Assembly: GCA_965262115.1 (NCBI GenBank)
Contig: OZ253496.1
Coordinates: 1,696,001 to 1,760,000 of the forward strand
Length of the DNA stretch: 64,000 nt
Reading direction: 5' to 3'
Origin: Nitrospinales bacterium
Lineage (GTDB): Bacteria > Nitrospinota > Nitrospinia > Nitrospinales > VA-1
In this document: one piece after another, positions 42,407-52,152 of the stretch
Layout: each line of letters opens with the position of its first letter
Numbering within the stretch: position 1 is the first letter of the stretch
Translations under genes and position numbers: made by a program
Notes under the pieces: generated by a model
What the model was told of the DNA's origin: nothing
The model's database searches: none
Seen by the model: only the letters and a program-made list of their open reading frames with translations

Positions 42407-42504
42407 ATGAAGGGAGGGAATCAAATAGTAAAACCTATCTCAAGCCGAGCTAAGCTGTTGTTAGCCTATGAATGCTATTGCAGTCGGCTGTCGGGCCGTC
42501 CCGA

Positions 42505-44910
42505 CTAGTTGAGGCGGAGGCCGGGTTGTTTGCTGGACGTTTTTGGAACTGTTTTGGTTTTTTTCGGGGCGGGTTTTTTCTTGAGTTTGATTTTTTTGTC
42601 GAACGAGTGTTTGATCACATCATCCATGGTGGCGGCGGGATAAAACTGTAACCCCTTTCGGACATTTTCAGGGATATCGGGAATATCTTTTTCGTTTTCC
42701 ACAGGGATAATGAGATGGGTGATGCGGAACCTGTGAGCCGCTAGAACTTTTTCTTTGAGCCCACCGATGGGCAGGACTTTTCCGGTCAGGGTCAGTTCCC
42801 CGGTCATGGCAAGGCCAGGACGCAGGGGAGTTTTAGTCAGTGCCGAGACCAGGGCTACGGCCATGGTGATTCCGGCTGAGGGGCCGTCTTTAGGAACGGC
42901 ACCTTCTGGAATATGAATGTGGAAATCGTTTTTCTGGTAGAAGTTTTTTGGCAGTCCTAAATCCCCGGCGCGTGAGCGCACATAGGTCATGGCCGCTTGC
43001 GCCGATTCTTTCATCACATCCCCGAGTTGCCCGGTGGGCACAAGTTTACCGGTACCGGGAAGCACGGTGACTTCTATGGTGAGGGTTTCGCCGCCAAACT
43101 CTGTCCATGCCAGGCCGGTGGCGCTACCTATTTCCAGCGGGCCTTCGAATTCAGCTTTTTTGAATTTTGGGATGCCGAGATACTTTTCCAAAACAGCCGG
43201 GGTGATTTTGATGCTGGTTTTCTTACCTTTTTCTACGACGGTTTTAACCACCTTTCTACAGAGTGTGGCGATTTCCCGTTCCAGGTTTCGCACTCCTGCT
43301 TCGCGAGTGAAGTCGTGGATGATCCTGTCGAGAGCCTTGTCGGTGATTTCTATATTCTTTTTGGTCAGGCCGTGTTCGGGTATTTTTTTAGGTACGAGAA
43401 AACTTTTGGCGATGCCCATTTTTTCCTGATCGGTATAACCGGGCAGGCGGAGCACTTCCATCCGATCAAGCAATGGTTGTGGAATAGAGTGCAGGACATT
43501 GGCGGTACAGATAAAAAGGACATTGGAAAGGTCGTAATCGACTTCCAGATAATGGTCGTTGAAATTGGAGTTTTGTTCCGGATCGAGAACTTCCAGCAAA
43601 GCGGAGGAGGGGTCGCCCCTGAAATAGGCGTTCATTTTGTCGACCTCATCGAGCATGAAAACAGGGTTATGGACACCGGATTTTTTAATGCCTTGAATAA
43701 TTTTCCCCGGCAGAGCGCCAATATAAGTTCTGCGGTGCCCGCGGATTTCTGCTTCATCCCGTATGCCGCCCAGGGAGACGCGGACAAATTTCCGGCCCAT
43801 GGCTTTGCCGATGGATTGCCCTAATGAAGTTTTGCCGACACCCGGTGGACCGACCAGACAGAGGATGGGGCCTCTAATTTTTTTGACCAGCTTCATCACC
43901 GCAAGGTGTTCGGTGATGCGTTCTTTGACTTTCTCTAGCCCGTAATGGTCTCTATCGAGAATTTTCTGGGCTTCGGGGATTTTTATTTTTTCGGCTCCGG
44001 CGCCTTTTTTCCAAGGCAGGTCGGTGAGCCATTCGATATAAGTTCTGGCAACCGTGGCTTCTGCGGACATGGGTTGCATGAGTTCCAGCCTTTTTAATTC
44101 TTTGACGGCTTTTTCATGGATATCCTTGGGCATTTTGGCTTTCTTGATTTTTTGCTTGAGTTCATCCATATCGGTTTTGGACTCATCGCGTTTGCCCAAC
44201 TCTTTCTGGATAGCTTTGATCTGCTCGTTGAGATAAAACTCTTTCTGACTGCGTTCCATTGATTTTCGCACTCTGCCATGAACGCGTTTTTCAATTTTAA
44301 GGACTTCCATCTCCGATTTGAGAATGCCGAGAAGCTTGTTCAATCGGTCTGACGGATTCAGGGTTTCGAGCAACTCCTGTTTTTCCTGGGTTTGAAAAAC
44401 CATATAGGCGGCAATGGTGTCGGCATAGCGGTGTGGCTCCAGGATATTGGAACTGGCGGCCACGGCTTCCAGAGGAATTTTTTGATTCAGTTTTACATAT
44501 TGTTCGAACATCGTTCCCACACTGCGCATCAGCGCTTTGACATCTGCTGTGAGTTGGTCGTTTTCATGGATGCGGCTGACTTCTACCTCAAAATAGTCGG
44601 GGTTTTTGACGAACTTTTCAATGCGCCCTCTTTGCAAGCCTTCGACCAGAACTTTCATGGTTCCATCGGTCAGCTTGAGAATCTGCAGAATATTTGCCAC
44701 CGTTCCCGTCTCGTAGATATCTGCGGGTTTCGGGTCGTTGTTGTTGGGATTGCGCTGGGCGGAAAGGAAGATGCTTTTTTGCTCGTCCATGGATTTTTCC
44801 AGGGCCAGAATGGATTTCTCCCTGCCTACAAACAAAGGAAGCACCATGAACGGGAAGACAATGATATCCCGTAAGGGGAGGAGCGGTAACGCGATTTTTT
44901 CTGAACCCAT
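42505..44910 (-). CDS. lon: Lon protease
   Basis: [39 protein letters not shown]. Confidence 0.98.
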   Translation of the reverse strand: MGSEKIALPLLPLRDIIVFPFMVLPLFVGREKSILALEKSMDEQKSIFLSAQRNPNNNDPKPADIYETGTVANILQILKLTDGTMKVLVEGLQRGRIEKFVKNPDYFEVEVSRIHENDQLTADVKALMRSVGTMFEQYVKLNQKIPLEAVAASSNILEPHRYADTIAAYMVFQTQEKQELLETLNPSDRLNKLLGILKSEMEVLKIEKRVHGRVRKSMERSQKEFYLNEQIKAIQKELGKRDESKTDMDELKQKIKKAKMPKDIHEKAVKELKRLELMQPMSAEATVARTYIEWLTDLPWKKGAGAEKIKIPEAQKILDRDHYGLEKVKERITEHLAVMKLVKKIRGPILCLVGPPGVGKTSLGQSIGKAMGRKFVRVSLGGIRDEAEIRGHRRTYIGALPGKIIQGIKKSGVHNPVFMLDEVDKMNAYFRGDPSSALLEVLDPEQNSNFNDHYLEVDYDLSNVLFICTANVLHSIPQPLLDRMEVLRLPGYTDQEKMGIAKSFLVPKKIPEHGLTKKNIEITDKALDRIIHDFTREAGVRNLEREIATLCRKVVKTVVEKGKKTSIKITPAVLEKYLGIPKFKKAEFEGPLEIGSATGLAWTEFGGETLTIEVTVLPGTGKLVPTGQLGDVMKESAQAAMTYVRSRAGDLGLPKNFYQKNDFHIHIPEGAVPKDGPSAGITMAVALVSALTKTPLRPGLAMTGELTLTGKVLPIGGLKEKVLAAHRFRITHLIIPVENEKDIPDIPENVRKGLQFYPAATMDDVIKHSFDKKIKLKKKPAPKKTKTVPKTSSKQPGLRLN

Positions 44911-44914
44911 GACT

Positions 44915-46159
44915 TTAGCTTGCCTGTTTTTTGTTTTCGTAAACCAACATGGGTTTTTCGCCTTTGAGGACTACTTCTTCATTAATGACCACTTCTTCCA
45001 CATCTGGCTTGGAAGGGAGGTCAAACATGATTTCCAGCATGGTCTCTTCCAGAACGGCGCGGAGCCCTCTTGCCCCGGTTTTGCGTTCGGTCGCTTTTTC
45101 GGCGATGGTGCGGATAGCCGCATCGGTGAATTTAAGTTTTGTATTTTCAAACTCAAACAATTTTTTATATTGTTTAATCAGAGCGTTCTTAGGCTCGATC
45201 AAAACTTGCACCATCGCTTCAACGGTCAACTCTTTCAACGTGGCGACGGCTGAAAAACGCCCGACAAATTCCGGAATGAGACCATATTTGAGCAGGTCTT
45301 CCGGCTGTATTTTTTCAAAAATATCCTCCTCATCAATTTCTTTTTTGGAGACGATGTCATGTCCGAAACCGAGGCTTTTTTTGCCGATACGGCCGCGAAT
45401 CAATGAGCCCAGTCCGACGAATGCCCCGCCGCAGATGAAAAGAATATTGGTGGTGTTGACCTGAAGAAATTCCTGATGCGGGTGCTTTCGGCCTCCCTGC
45501 TGGGGAACGCTGGCTGTCGTGCCCTCAATGATTTTCAAAAGCGCCTGCTGCACCCCTTCACCGGAAACATCACGGGTGATTGAGGGATTTTCTGATTTCC
45601 TGGAAATCTTATCGATTTCATCGATATAGATGATTCCGCGCTCGGCTTTTTCAACATCGTAGTCGGCGTTTTGCAGGAGTTTTAAAATGATGTTTTCAAC
45701 ATCTTCGCCGACATAACCGGCCTCGGTCAGAGTGGTCGCATCCACAATGGTGAAAGGAACATCAAGGATTCGCGCCAGAGTCTGTGCCATGAGGGTTTTC
45801 CCGGACCCGGTGGGGCCTATCAACAGCACATTACTCTTTTGCAGTTCCACATCGTCCATGTCCAAATTAGAGTCGACTCTTTTGAAATGGTTGTGGACGG
45901 CAACAGAAAGGATTTTCTTGCAGCGGTCCTGCCCGATGATATATTGGTCGAGGTGCTTGTATAAATCATGGGGTTTGAGAAGACGCTGGAAGTCTTCGCC
46001 CTTTTCCTGGGCCCACTCTTCCACCATGATTTCATTGCAAAGCTCAATACACTCGTCACAAATGTAGACGCTGGGTCCGGCAATCAGTTTTTTGACTTCT
46101 TCCTGACTTTTCCCGCAGAAAGAACAGCGGTAATTTCCGGTGGTACTCTTCTTTGCCAT
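44915..46159 (-). CDS. clpX: ATP-dependent Clp protease ATP-binding subunit ClpX
   Basis: CSFCGK...CDEC zinc finger, [26 protein letters not shown]. Confidence 0.98.
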   Translation of the reverse strand: MAKKSTTGNYRCSFCGKSQEEVKKLIAGPSVYICDECIELCNEIMVEEWAQEKGEDFQRLLKPHDLYKHLDQYIIGQDRCKKILSVAVHNHFKRVDSNLDMDDVELQKSNVLLIGPTGSGKTLMAQTLARILDVPFTIVDATTLTEAGYVGEDVENIILKLLQNADYDVEKAERGIIYIDEIDKISRKSENPSITRDVSGEGVQQALLKIIEGTTASVPQQGGRKHPHQEFLQVNTTNILFICGGAFVGLGSLIRGRIGKKSLGFGHDIVSKKEIDEEDIFEKIQPEDLLKYGLIPEFVGRFSAVATLKELTVEAMVQVLIEPKNALIKQYKKLFEFENTKLKFTDAAIRTIAEKATERKTGARGLRAVLEETMLEIMFDLPSKPDVEEVVINEEVVLKGEKPMLVYENKKQAS

Positions 46160-46207
46160 AAAGCCCTCTCCAAAAGGGGTTGGAATAGAATGCTTATTCG
46201 ATTCTAA

Positions 46208-46843
46208 TCAGCTTTTCTTTTTGCTCTTGTCGTCCTTCTTGACTTCTTTCCGCTCGCTGATCACGTTGTCGATGAGGCCATAAGCCTTGGCCTCGTCGCT
46301 CGTCATGTAGTGATCCCTTTCGGTATCCTTATTGACTTGGGAAACACTTTTCCCTGAGTGCTTGGCCATGATGCTATCGAGGATGGCCCGGATTCTGGTG
46401 ATTTCTTTAGCCTGAATTTCAATATCGGTGGATTGCCCCTGAAATCCTCCGCTCGGCTGGTGGATCATGATGCGTGCATGCGGCAGAGCAAACCGTTTTT
46501 TTGGAGCGCCAGCCGTAAGAAGCAGGGCTCCCATGCTAGCCGCCTGGCCGATGCAGATGGTTTGTACATCCGGCTTGATATATTGCATGGTGTCATAGAT
46601 GGCCATTCCGGAACTGACCTGGCCGCCCGGACTATTGATATAGAGATAGATATCCTGTTCGGGTTCATCCGACTCCAAAAACAGCAGCTGGGCGATGATC
46701 AAGTTAGCCAAATGATCATCAACGGCGCTTCCTATGAAAATGATTCGGTCTTTGAGAAGGCGTGAATAAATGTCATAAGACCTCTCGCCCCGACTGGTTT
46801 GTTCAACTACGATTGGTACCAACTGGCTGTAAGTTTCTGTCAT
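46208..46843 (-). CDS. clpP: ATP-dependent Clp protease proteolytic subunit
   Basis: [26 protein letters not shown]. Confidence 0.98.
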   Translation of the reverse strand: MTETYSQLVPIVVEQTSRGERSYDIYSRLLKDRIIFIGSAVDDHLANLIIAQLLFLESDEPEQDIYLYINSPGGQVSSGMAIYDTMQYIKPDVQTICIGQAASMGALLLTAGAPKKRFALPHARIMIHQPSGGFQGQSTDIEIQAKEITRIRAILDSIMAKHSGKSVSQVNKDTERDHYMTSDEAKAYGLIDNVISERKEVKKDDKSKKKS

Positions 46844-46967
46844 TGTTTTCTCGAGATTAGAAATTCGGCAAGGAAAAACTTCTTTCTGAATCCGGTTGCA
46901 ATTCCGAAAGGGTTTTTTGCGTGTAAGTTATTAAAAAATAATTGGATATCTTTATAATGGTTGAGTA

Positions 46968-48329
46968 TTAATTATCAGCAATTAAATCTTTTCTGTCAAC
47001 TATTTCTTCTGTTATGGTTATTTTTTCCAGCGCGGCGTCAAGGGTTTTATCCCGTTTCATGCGACTGTGAAGGCGGGCCAGGACCCCATTTTTTTCCCAT
47101 TCCCGTTTTATCTGTTGCAGGTTGCCCCCGCCCAGCAATTGGGACATGTTTTTGACCTCCTGCTCCAACTCCTCTTCGCTGACTTGTGCATCCAGGTCGC
47201 GAGACAACTGGTCGAGAATCAATTCTTCCTGCAAGGCTTTCATGGCCGGTTCGCGATACTGATCGAGCAACTCAGGAGTCACCTCGACACCGTGTTCGTG
47301 GTCATGATCGTGGCCATGATCGTGATCGTGGCTATGGTCATGTTGGCTTTCTCTACCCTGTTTTTTTCTGGCCTGTTCGACCATGAACTTGACCTGCTCT
47401 TTCAACAGCCCTTCCGGAACATCAAACTGGTTCTGTTCGGTGATTTTTTCTGTCAGTTTCTTTTTCACCGATTTGCGGACTTCCTTACGTTCGAAATCTT
47501 CCAGTTCGGAGCGAACTTTTTGTTTCATATCATCCAGGCTCGCAAAATTCTTGTCCTCCACACTTTTGGCAAACGCATCGTCCAGGCCCGGCAGTTGTTG
47601 CTCTTGAATACTTTTCAGCACAATTTGGAAATCGACATCCTTGCCGGCGATCTCCTTATTGTGGTAATCCTCGGGAATCGGCACCGTAATGTCGCGGGTT
47701 TCGCCGATTTCCATGCCGATCAGGCCCTTGTCCAGCCCTTCAATCAATTGCCCTCCCCCTGCCTGGATGATCTGGTTCGTGGCAGACCCTCCTTCAAAGG
47801 GCTCATCGCCGAGCTTGCTGGTAAAATCTATCTTTAGTAAGTCTTTATCTCGCGCGGTGCGGTCGGTCACATCGACGTTTTTTGTTTTACGCTGGCGCAT
47901 CACTTCGATAGTTTGGTTGACATCGTCATCCGTGATGCGCGGTGTTTTCATATTCAGTTCAATGCTGGAGTAGCCCTTGAGTTCTACAGTGGGGAGCACT
48001 TCGATAGATGCGGAAACAGAGATATCGGTTCCTTCTTCGGCATTGACCTCTAAAAGATGGGGTTGGCCGACCGCTCTCAGGTCTTTTTCCACAATGGTGT
48101 TATTGAGTTCATCGCTGATCAGGTTGCTCAGGACTTCTTTTTTAACAGCCGGACCAAACTGTTTTTCCAGCAGGGCGATGGGCACTTTTCCTTTGCGGAA
48201 TCCGGGAACCTTAACCTCTCGCCCAAGTTTCTGATAATACTGCTTCAGCTTTTTGTCGTATTCCTGGTGAGGGATTTCAAACTTGATTTTTTTGTTACAG
48301 GAATCAACGTCTTCGATTTCGATTTTCAT
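46968..48329 (-). CDS. tig: Trigger factor with His-rich insertion
   Basis: VPGFRKGKVP ribosome-binding motif, FKBP domain, synteny tig-clpP-clpX-lon. Confidence 0.95.
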   Translation of the reverse strand: MKIEIEDVDSCNKKIKFEIPHQEYDKKLKQYYQKLGREVKVPGFRKGKVPIALLEKQFGPAVKKEVLSNLISDELNNTIVEKDLRAVGQPHLLEVNAEEGTDISVSASIEVLPTVELKGYSSIELNMKTPRITDDDVNQTIEVMRQRKTKNVDVTDRTARDKDLLKIDFTSKLGDEPFEGGSATNQIIQAGGGQLIEGLDKGLIGMEIGETRDITVPIPEDYHNKEIAGKDVDFQIVLKSIQEQQLPGLDDAFAKSVEDKNFASLDDMKQKVRSELEDFERKEVRKSVKKKLTEKITEQNQFDVPEGLLKEQVKFMVEQARKKQGRESQHDHSHDHDHGHDHDHEHGVEVTPELLDQYREPAMKALQEELILDQLSRDLDAQVSEEELEQEVKNMSQLLGGGNLQQIKREWEKNGVLARLHSRMKRDKTLDAALEKITITEEIVDRKDLIADN

Positions 48330-48415
48330 AACTTTCCAAATATTTAAAGATTAGCGCGGAGTACCTCCGCAGGTAATTTGCAATATCTTTATCTTACCCC
48401 TTGTATGTTGTTCAT

Positions 48416-48625
48416 AAGGGGAATTTGTAGTAGTTGTACCTGTGAGCCCTGTGGGAAGCCGGTTTTGTGTTTTCCACAAGGCTCACAGGGTTTGATTCAG
48501 GGCACAATAGATCGTTTACCCCTTGGGCTTTTAAGCCCGTCCCGAAGCGCAGATCGTTGTGTCCTATTTTGATTAACCCGAACAGTTGCCTGGGCCACTG
48601 AGCCCGCATCGGCAAGGCTGGGAGA
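48416..48625 (+). ncRNA. Predicted IS110 bridge RNA, copy 2 (ends approximate)
   Basis: 5' stem-loop; LTG TTTACCCCT 48515-48523; RTG CCCGAAG 48541-48547; LDG ACAGTTGC 48582-48589; RDG CAAG 48613-48616. Confidence 0.82.
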
Positions 48626-48632
48626 CCAAATT

Positions 48633-49583
48633 ATGAATCAGAAACCCCATTTTATTGGCATCGATATTTCTAAACTCCATCTGGATGTTGCTGACAGCAT
48701 GACTCAAGAAACCTGGCAAACCGCTAACAATGAAGAAGGGATTGCTGGTTTGGTCGAGAGTTTATCCGCCTTAAATCCTCCATTGATCGTTTTGGAAGCC
48801 ACAGGCGGCTTAGAGATCCCGTTGGCTTCGGCCCTGGTTGCGGGTCGACTGCCAGTAGCCGTGGTCAACCCACGGCAAGTTCGTGATTTTGCCAAAGCCA
48901 CCGGGAAACTGGCAAAAACCGATGTCATTGATTCTCTTGTGCTGGCCCATTTTGCCAGGGCCGTACGTCCTGAGGTCAGGAAAATCAAAGACGAAGAATC
49001 TCTTGAACTCTCAGCTCTAGTGACACGCCGTCGCCAGTTGATCGAGATGCTGACCAAAGAAAAAACCCGTCTAAAACAAGCTCCAAAATGGATATGTAAA
49101 GACATTAAGGAGCATATCGAATCTCTTAAAAAACGCTTGCGAAAAATCGATGGCGACCTTTCCAGAACCATCAAAAACAGTTCTGCCTGGCGTGAGCACG
49201 ACCAGATTATACAAAGTGTTCCCGGTGCCGGTCCCGTTCTGGCTGTCAACCTCTTGGCCGGGGTTCCGGAACTTGGAGTTCTTAATCAGAAGCAAATCGC
49301 CGCCCTCATCGGTCTCGCTCCCCTCAATCGGGACAGCGGAAAGTTCCGGGGCCGCCGGTGTATCTGGGGCGGCCGCGCCAATGTGCGTGCCGCTTTATAC
49401 ATGGCCGCCGTCACTGCCATGCAGCATAATCCCGTGATTCGTACCTTTTACACACGCCTCATCGAAAAGGGCAAACCCTTTAAAGTTGCCATTACCGCAT
49501 GCATGAGAAAGTTATTAACGATCATCAATACCATGATCAAAACAAAAACACTCTGGAATGAAAATCTCATTGCCAGCACTTGA
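48633..49583 (+). CDS. IS110-family DEDD recombinase/transposase
   Basis: 316 aa; differs from copy 1 at AHFARAV versus AHFAKAI; DEDD and DSG motifs intact. Confidence 0.96.
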   Translation: MNQKPHFIGIDISKLHLDVADSMTQETWQTANNEEGIAGLVESLSALNPPLIVLEATGGLEIPLASALVAGRLPVAVVNPRQVRDFAKATGKLAKTDVIDSLVLAHFARAVRPEVRKIKDEESLELSALVTRRRQLIEMLTKEKTRLKQAPKWICKDIKEHIESLKKRLRKIDGDLSRTIKNSSAWREHDQIIQSVPGAGPVLAVNLLAGVPELGVLNQKQIAALIGLAPLNRDSGKFRGRRCIWGGRANVRAALYMAAVTAMQHNPVIRTFYTRLIEKGKPFKVAITACMRKLLTIINTMIKTKTLWNENLIAST

Positions 49584-49755
49584 CATTTAACACAGTTGCT
49601 TCGGGGCATGAAGTACCCGTGCCGGGCATAAAGATTAATGAAGAGGCCATCACAACCGATGAGGGGTCATAACATGCTGCCAATGTGCTTTTGGTGAGCC
49701 GAGAGTATCGTTGCTAGCGGTAAAAAGCTATTGCCCACTGCCTGCCCCTGCCAAG

Positions 49756-49883
49756 GAGAGCTTTGCATAACCCAAGATTCTTCGTCACCTTGCTCCTCAG
49801 AATGACAAAATGGCCCAGTATTGTCATGCTGAGCTTGTCGAAGCATCTCGGTTCTCCGATTTTTCGACTTATGCAAAGGTCTC
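49756..49883. mobile_element. 128-bp MITE
   Basis: TIRs as above; perfect 9-bp TSD CCTGCCAAG; identical to 22461-22588. Confidence 0.95.
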
Positions 49884-49896
49884 CCTGCCAAGGGGC

Positions 49897-50166
49897 TTAA
49901 ATTTCCTTGCACTCCATTTTTTCAAGCGGCTGGGCCTGGCATTCTAAAGATTCTGTCATGCCGTTCGCCACTTTAGCGCAGGCTGTGCTCATGCCCGTCA
50001 TGATTGTGTCGTCCTTGGCCATGCCTTTTACCTCCTGACACACGATCTGGTCTTTGTATTTGATACAGACTTCGCATTGATATTTATTGCCGGTCCACAG
50101 AAGGTCAATGGAAACGCTGGCAACGAAAGCCAGAAATACCAGGGTGATGATTGCGCCTTTATTCAT
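49897..50166 (-). CDS. Small exported or membrane-anchored Cys-rich hypothetical protein
   Basis: Hydrophobic N-terminus, six Cys including CEVC; co-oriented directly after orn. Confidence 0.65.
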   Translation of the reverse strand: MNKGAIITLVFLAFVASVSIDLLWTGNKYQCEVCIKYKDQIVCQEVKGMAKDDTIMTGMSTACAKVANGMTESLECQAQPLEKMECKEI

Positions 50167-50187
50167 AGCTAATAGGGTTGTTGGTCT

Positions 50188-50766
50188 TCAGGTTACAGGC
50201 TGGACTATGTTGGCTTCTTTGCCGATAAAATAATGTTGTCGATAAAAGACAAGTTCTTTAAGAGATTCCCGGATATCCGTGAGGGCCATATGCTCGTTGC
50301 TTTTTTTGGGGAATTTGGGACCGTCCGGGTACCAGCGGTTCACCAGTTCTTTGACGGAGGTCACATCAATACTTCTATAATGTAAAAAATCATGCAAATC
50401 ACTCATATATTTTGTGAGGAATTTTCTGTCCTGATTGATGGAGTTTCCACATAAAGGAGATGTGCCTTTGGGGCAGTATTTCTTGATAAACTCCAAAGTT
50501 CTTTTCTCGGCCTCCTCTTGATCTATCAAGGATTCGCGCACCCGTTTGACCAGCCCCGATGCATTATGGTGTTTGGTGTTCCACTCATCCATTTGATCCA
50601 AAATCTCGTCTCGTTGATGAATGGCGATGCAAGGCCCTTCCTCAAGAATATTCAATTCGCTGTCAGTAATCAGGGTGGCGATTTCAATGACGACTTCTTT
50701 TTTCGCGTCCAAACCAGTCATTTCCAGATCTATCCACACCAGATTGTATTTAGATTTTCGAGCCAT
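50188..50766 (-). CDS. orn: Oligoribonuclease
   Basis: WIDLEMTGLD, LCGNSI..DR.FL, HYRSIDV, H.ALTDIRES. Confidence 0.96.
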   Translation of the reverse strand: MARKSKYNLVWIDLEMTGLDAKKEVVIEIATLITDSELNILEEGPCIAIHQRDEILDQMDEWNTKHHNASGLVKRVRESLIDQEEAEKRTLEFIKKYCPKGTSPLCGNSINQDRKFLTKYMSDLHDFLHYRSIDVTSVKELVNRWYPDGPKFPKKSNEHMALTDIRESLKELVFYRQHYFIGKEANIVQPVT

Positions 50767-51013
50767 AATATTCAGTTCTGTTTTTTCCTGGAAGTTTTGC
50801 CGGGGTGGAAAAACTTTCTGGTTTAAATCAATGTGAGGCCTGTTTTGGGCAAAATAATTTTGCTATGGTGCAGAAATTGCGGCTCCCATCTTTTGAGAAG
50901 GTCTCTTCCGCTCTAATTATGCGAATTTAGAACGCATTGTATCTTAAATTCATGAAAATATGAACCCTTCAATAGGCAAATGTATGAATATATTGGACTT
51001 TGTTGAGTTTATT

Positions 51014-51826
51014 TTAATTGCTGGTTAAAGAGAGCGCGAGGCATTTATTGCCACCTCCGGCTTTTAAAAATTCACCCACGGGTTTGAGGATAACCCTATA
51101 TCCCAATGATTGCAGTCTGTCTATCAGGGTGGGGCTGGCATGATTCAAAATCAGGTTGTTTCCTATTGTGATGGCATTGCATGCGAAATGAATGGCATCC
51201 TCTTTGCTTATTTCGATTCGGCTTTGGGCGGGAATATTTGCTTTAATAGATTGGAGGGAGTCGTCGCTGAATGCTTTTGGATAATACATGACCCGGCCTC
51301 CTGAAAGCGGACAAAAGCAGGTGTCCAAATGATAAAACCGTGGATCAACAAGTTGTAATGTTATGATACGCAGGGAAAATAATTTTTTGAGTAGGTCCTG
51401 TGACCGCGGATCGGTTCGAAACCCATATCCCATCCACAACAGGTTACTCCCGGGTTGAAACAGGGCATCTCCCTCTCCTTCAAAACGGACAGAGTCAGCC
51501 AAATCTTTTAGACGGTAACCCATCCTGAGAAACCATTTTCTGAAATGAGTTTCCTCCTGGCGCCGTTCCAAATGTTGAAAATGGCTGGGAATGAATATTT
51601 CTTTTCTAACCAGACCGGCATTGGCGGTAAAAACCATGTCGGGGATATGCGGCCGGGGTTTCAGCAATTCAATGTTGGCGAATTTTGACAGGGTTTCAAA
51701 TAGACTGTGCCACTGTTGTTTGGCCTTATCAGTGTCAACGCATCCCAAATTATGGGTCATCCAGGGATTGATACTGTACTCCACCCCAAAATAATCCGGG
51801 GGGCACATGAGAAATTGGGAGTTCAT
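51014..51826 (-). CDS. Amidinotransferase / DDAH-family pentein enzyme
   Basis: MCPPDYF.V.Y.INPWM, PDMVFTANAG, FEGEGD, FYHLDTCF, GGGNKC. Confidence 0.88.
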   Translation of the reverse strand: MNSQFLMCPPDYFGVEYSINPWMTHNLGCVDTDKAKQQWHSLFETLSKFANIELLKPRPHIPDMVFTANAGLVRKEIFIPSHFQHLERRQEETHFRKWFLRMGYRLKDLADSVRFEGEGDALFQPGSNLLWMGYGFRTDPRSQDLLKKLFSLRIITLQLVDPRFYHLDTCFCPLSGGRVMYYPKAFSDDSLQSIKANIPAQSRIEISKEDAIHFACNAITIGNNLILNHASPTLIDRLQSLGYRVILKPVGEFLKAGGGNKCLALSLTSN

Positions 51827-51890
51827 TGCTCACCTCCGAACAAGAATACCTTGTATCTATTTAGATGCTTTTCCTGTCAGCTTGGGTTTC

Positions 51891-51945
51891 AAAAAAAACA
51901 TGAGGGGAACAGGCGGACTTGGAAAACCGCCTGTTCCCCTCATGT
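51891..51945 (-). terminator. Strong intrinsic terminator (19-bp perfect stem plus U-tract)
   Basis: Arms 51898-51916 / 51927-51945 perfectly complementary; T-run on the minus strand. Confidence 0.8.
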
Positions 51946-52152
51946 GGAGGAGACGGGAAAGACTTGGTCATGGAACCTAATCCGTTCCCCCCCCCGAAAG
52001 GAGGAGAAAAGTACTGTCTGTATTCTATAAAATTAGCATTAAAAAAGTATTAATCCGGTATTAAAAATTTTTAATGTTATAGGAATGGGTTATATAGAAG
52101 GTTTGGCGTGGGAAGGATAGAAAATTAGTGGGTGGTTCGATAATGGCGGACA

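Larger units (their letters stand above)
48400..49601 (+). mobile_element. IS110-family insertion sequence, copy 2
   Basis: Near-identical to 8400-9600 (inverted); CTT at both junctions; empty site TTACCC-CTT-CGGGGCATGAAG same as for copy 1. Confidence 0.95.
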
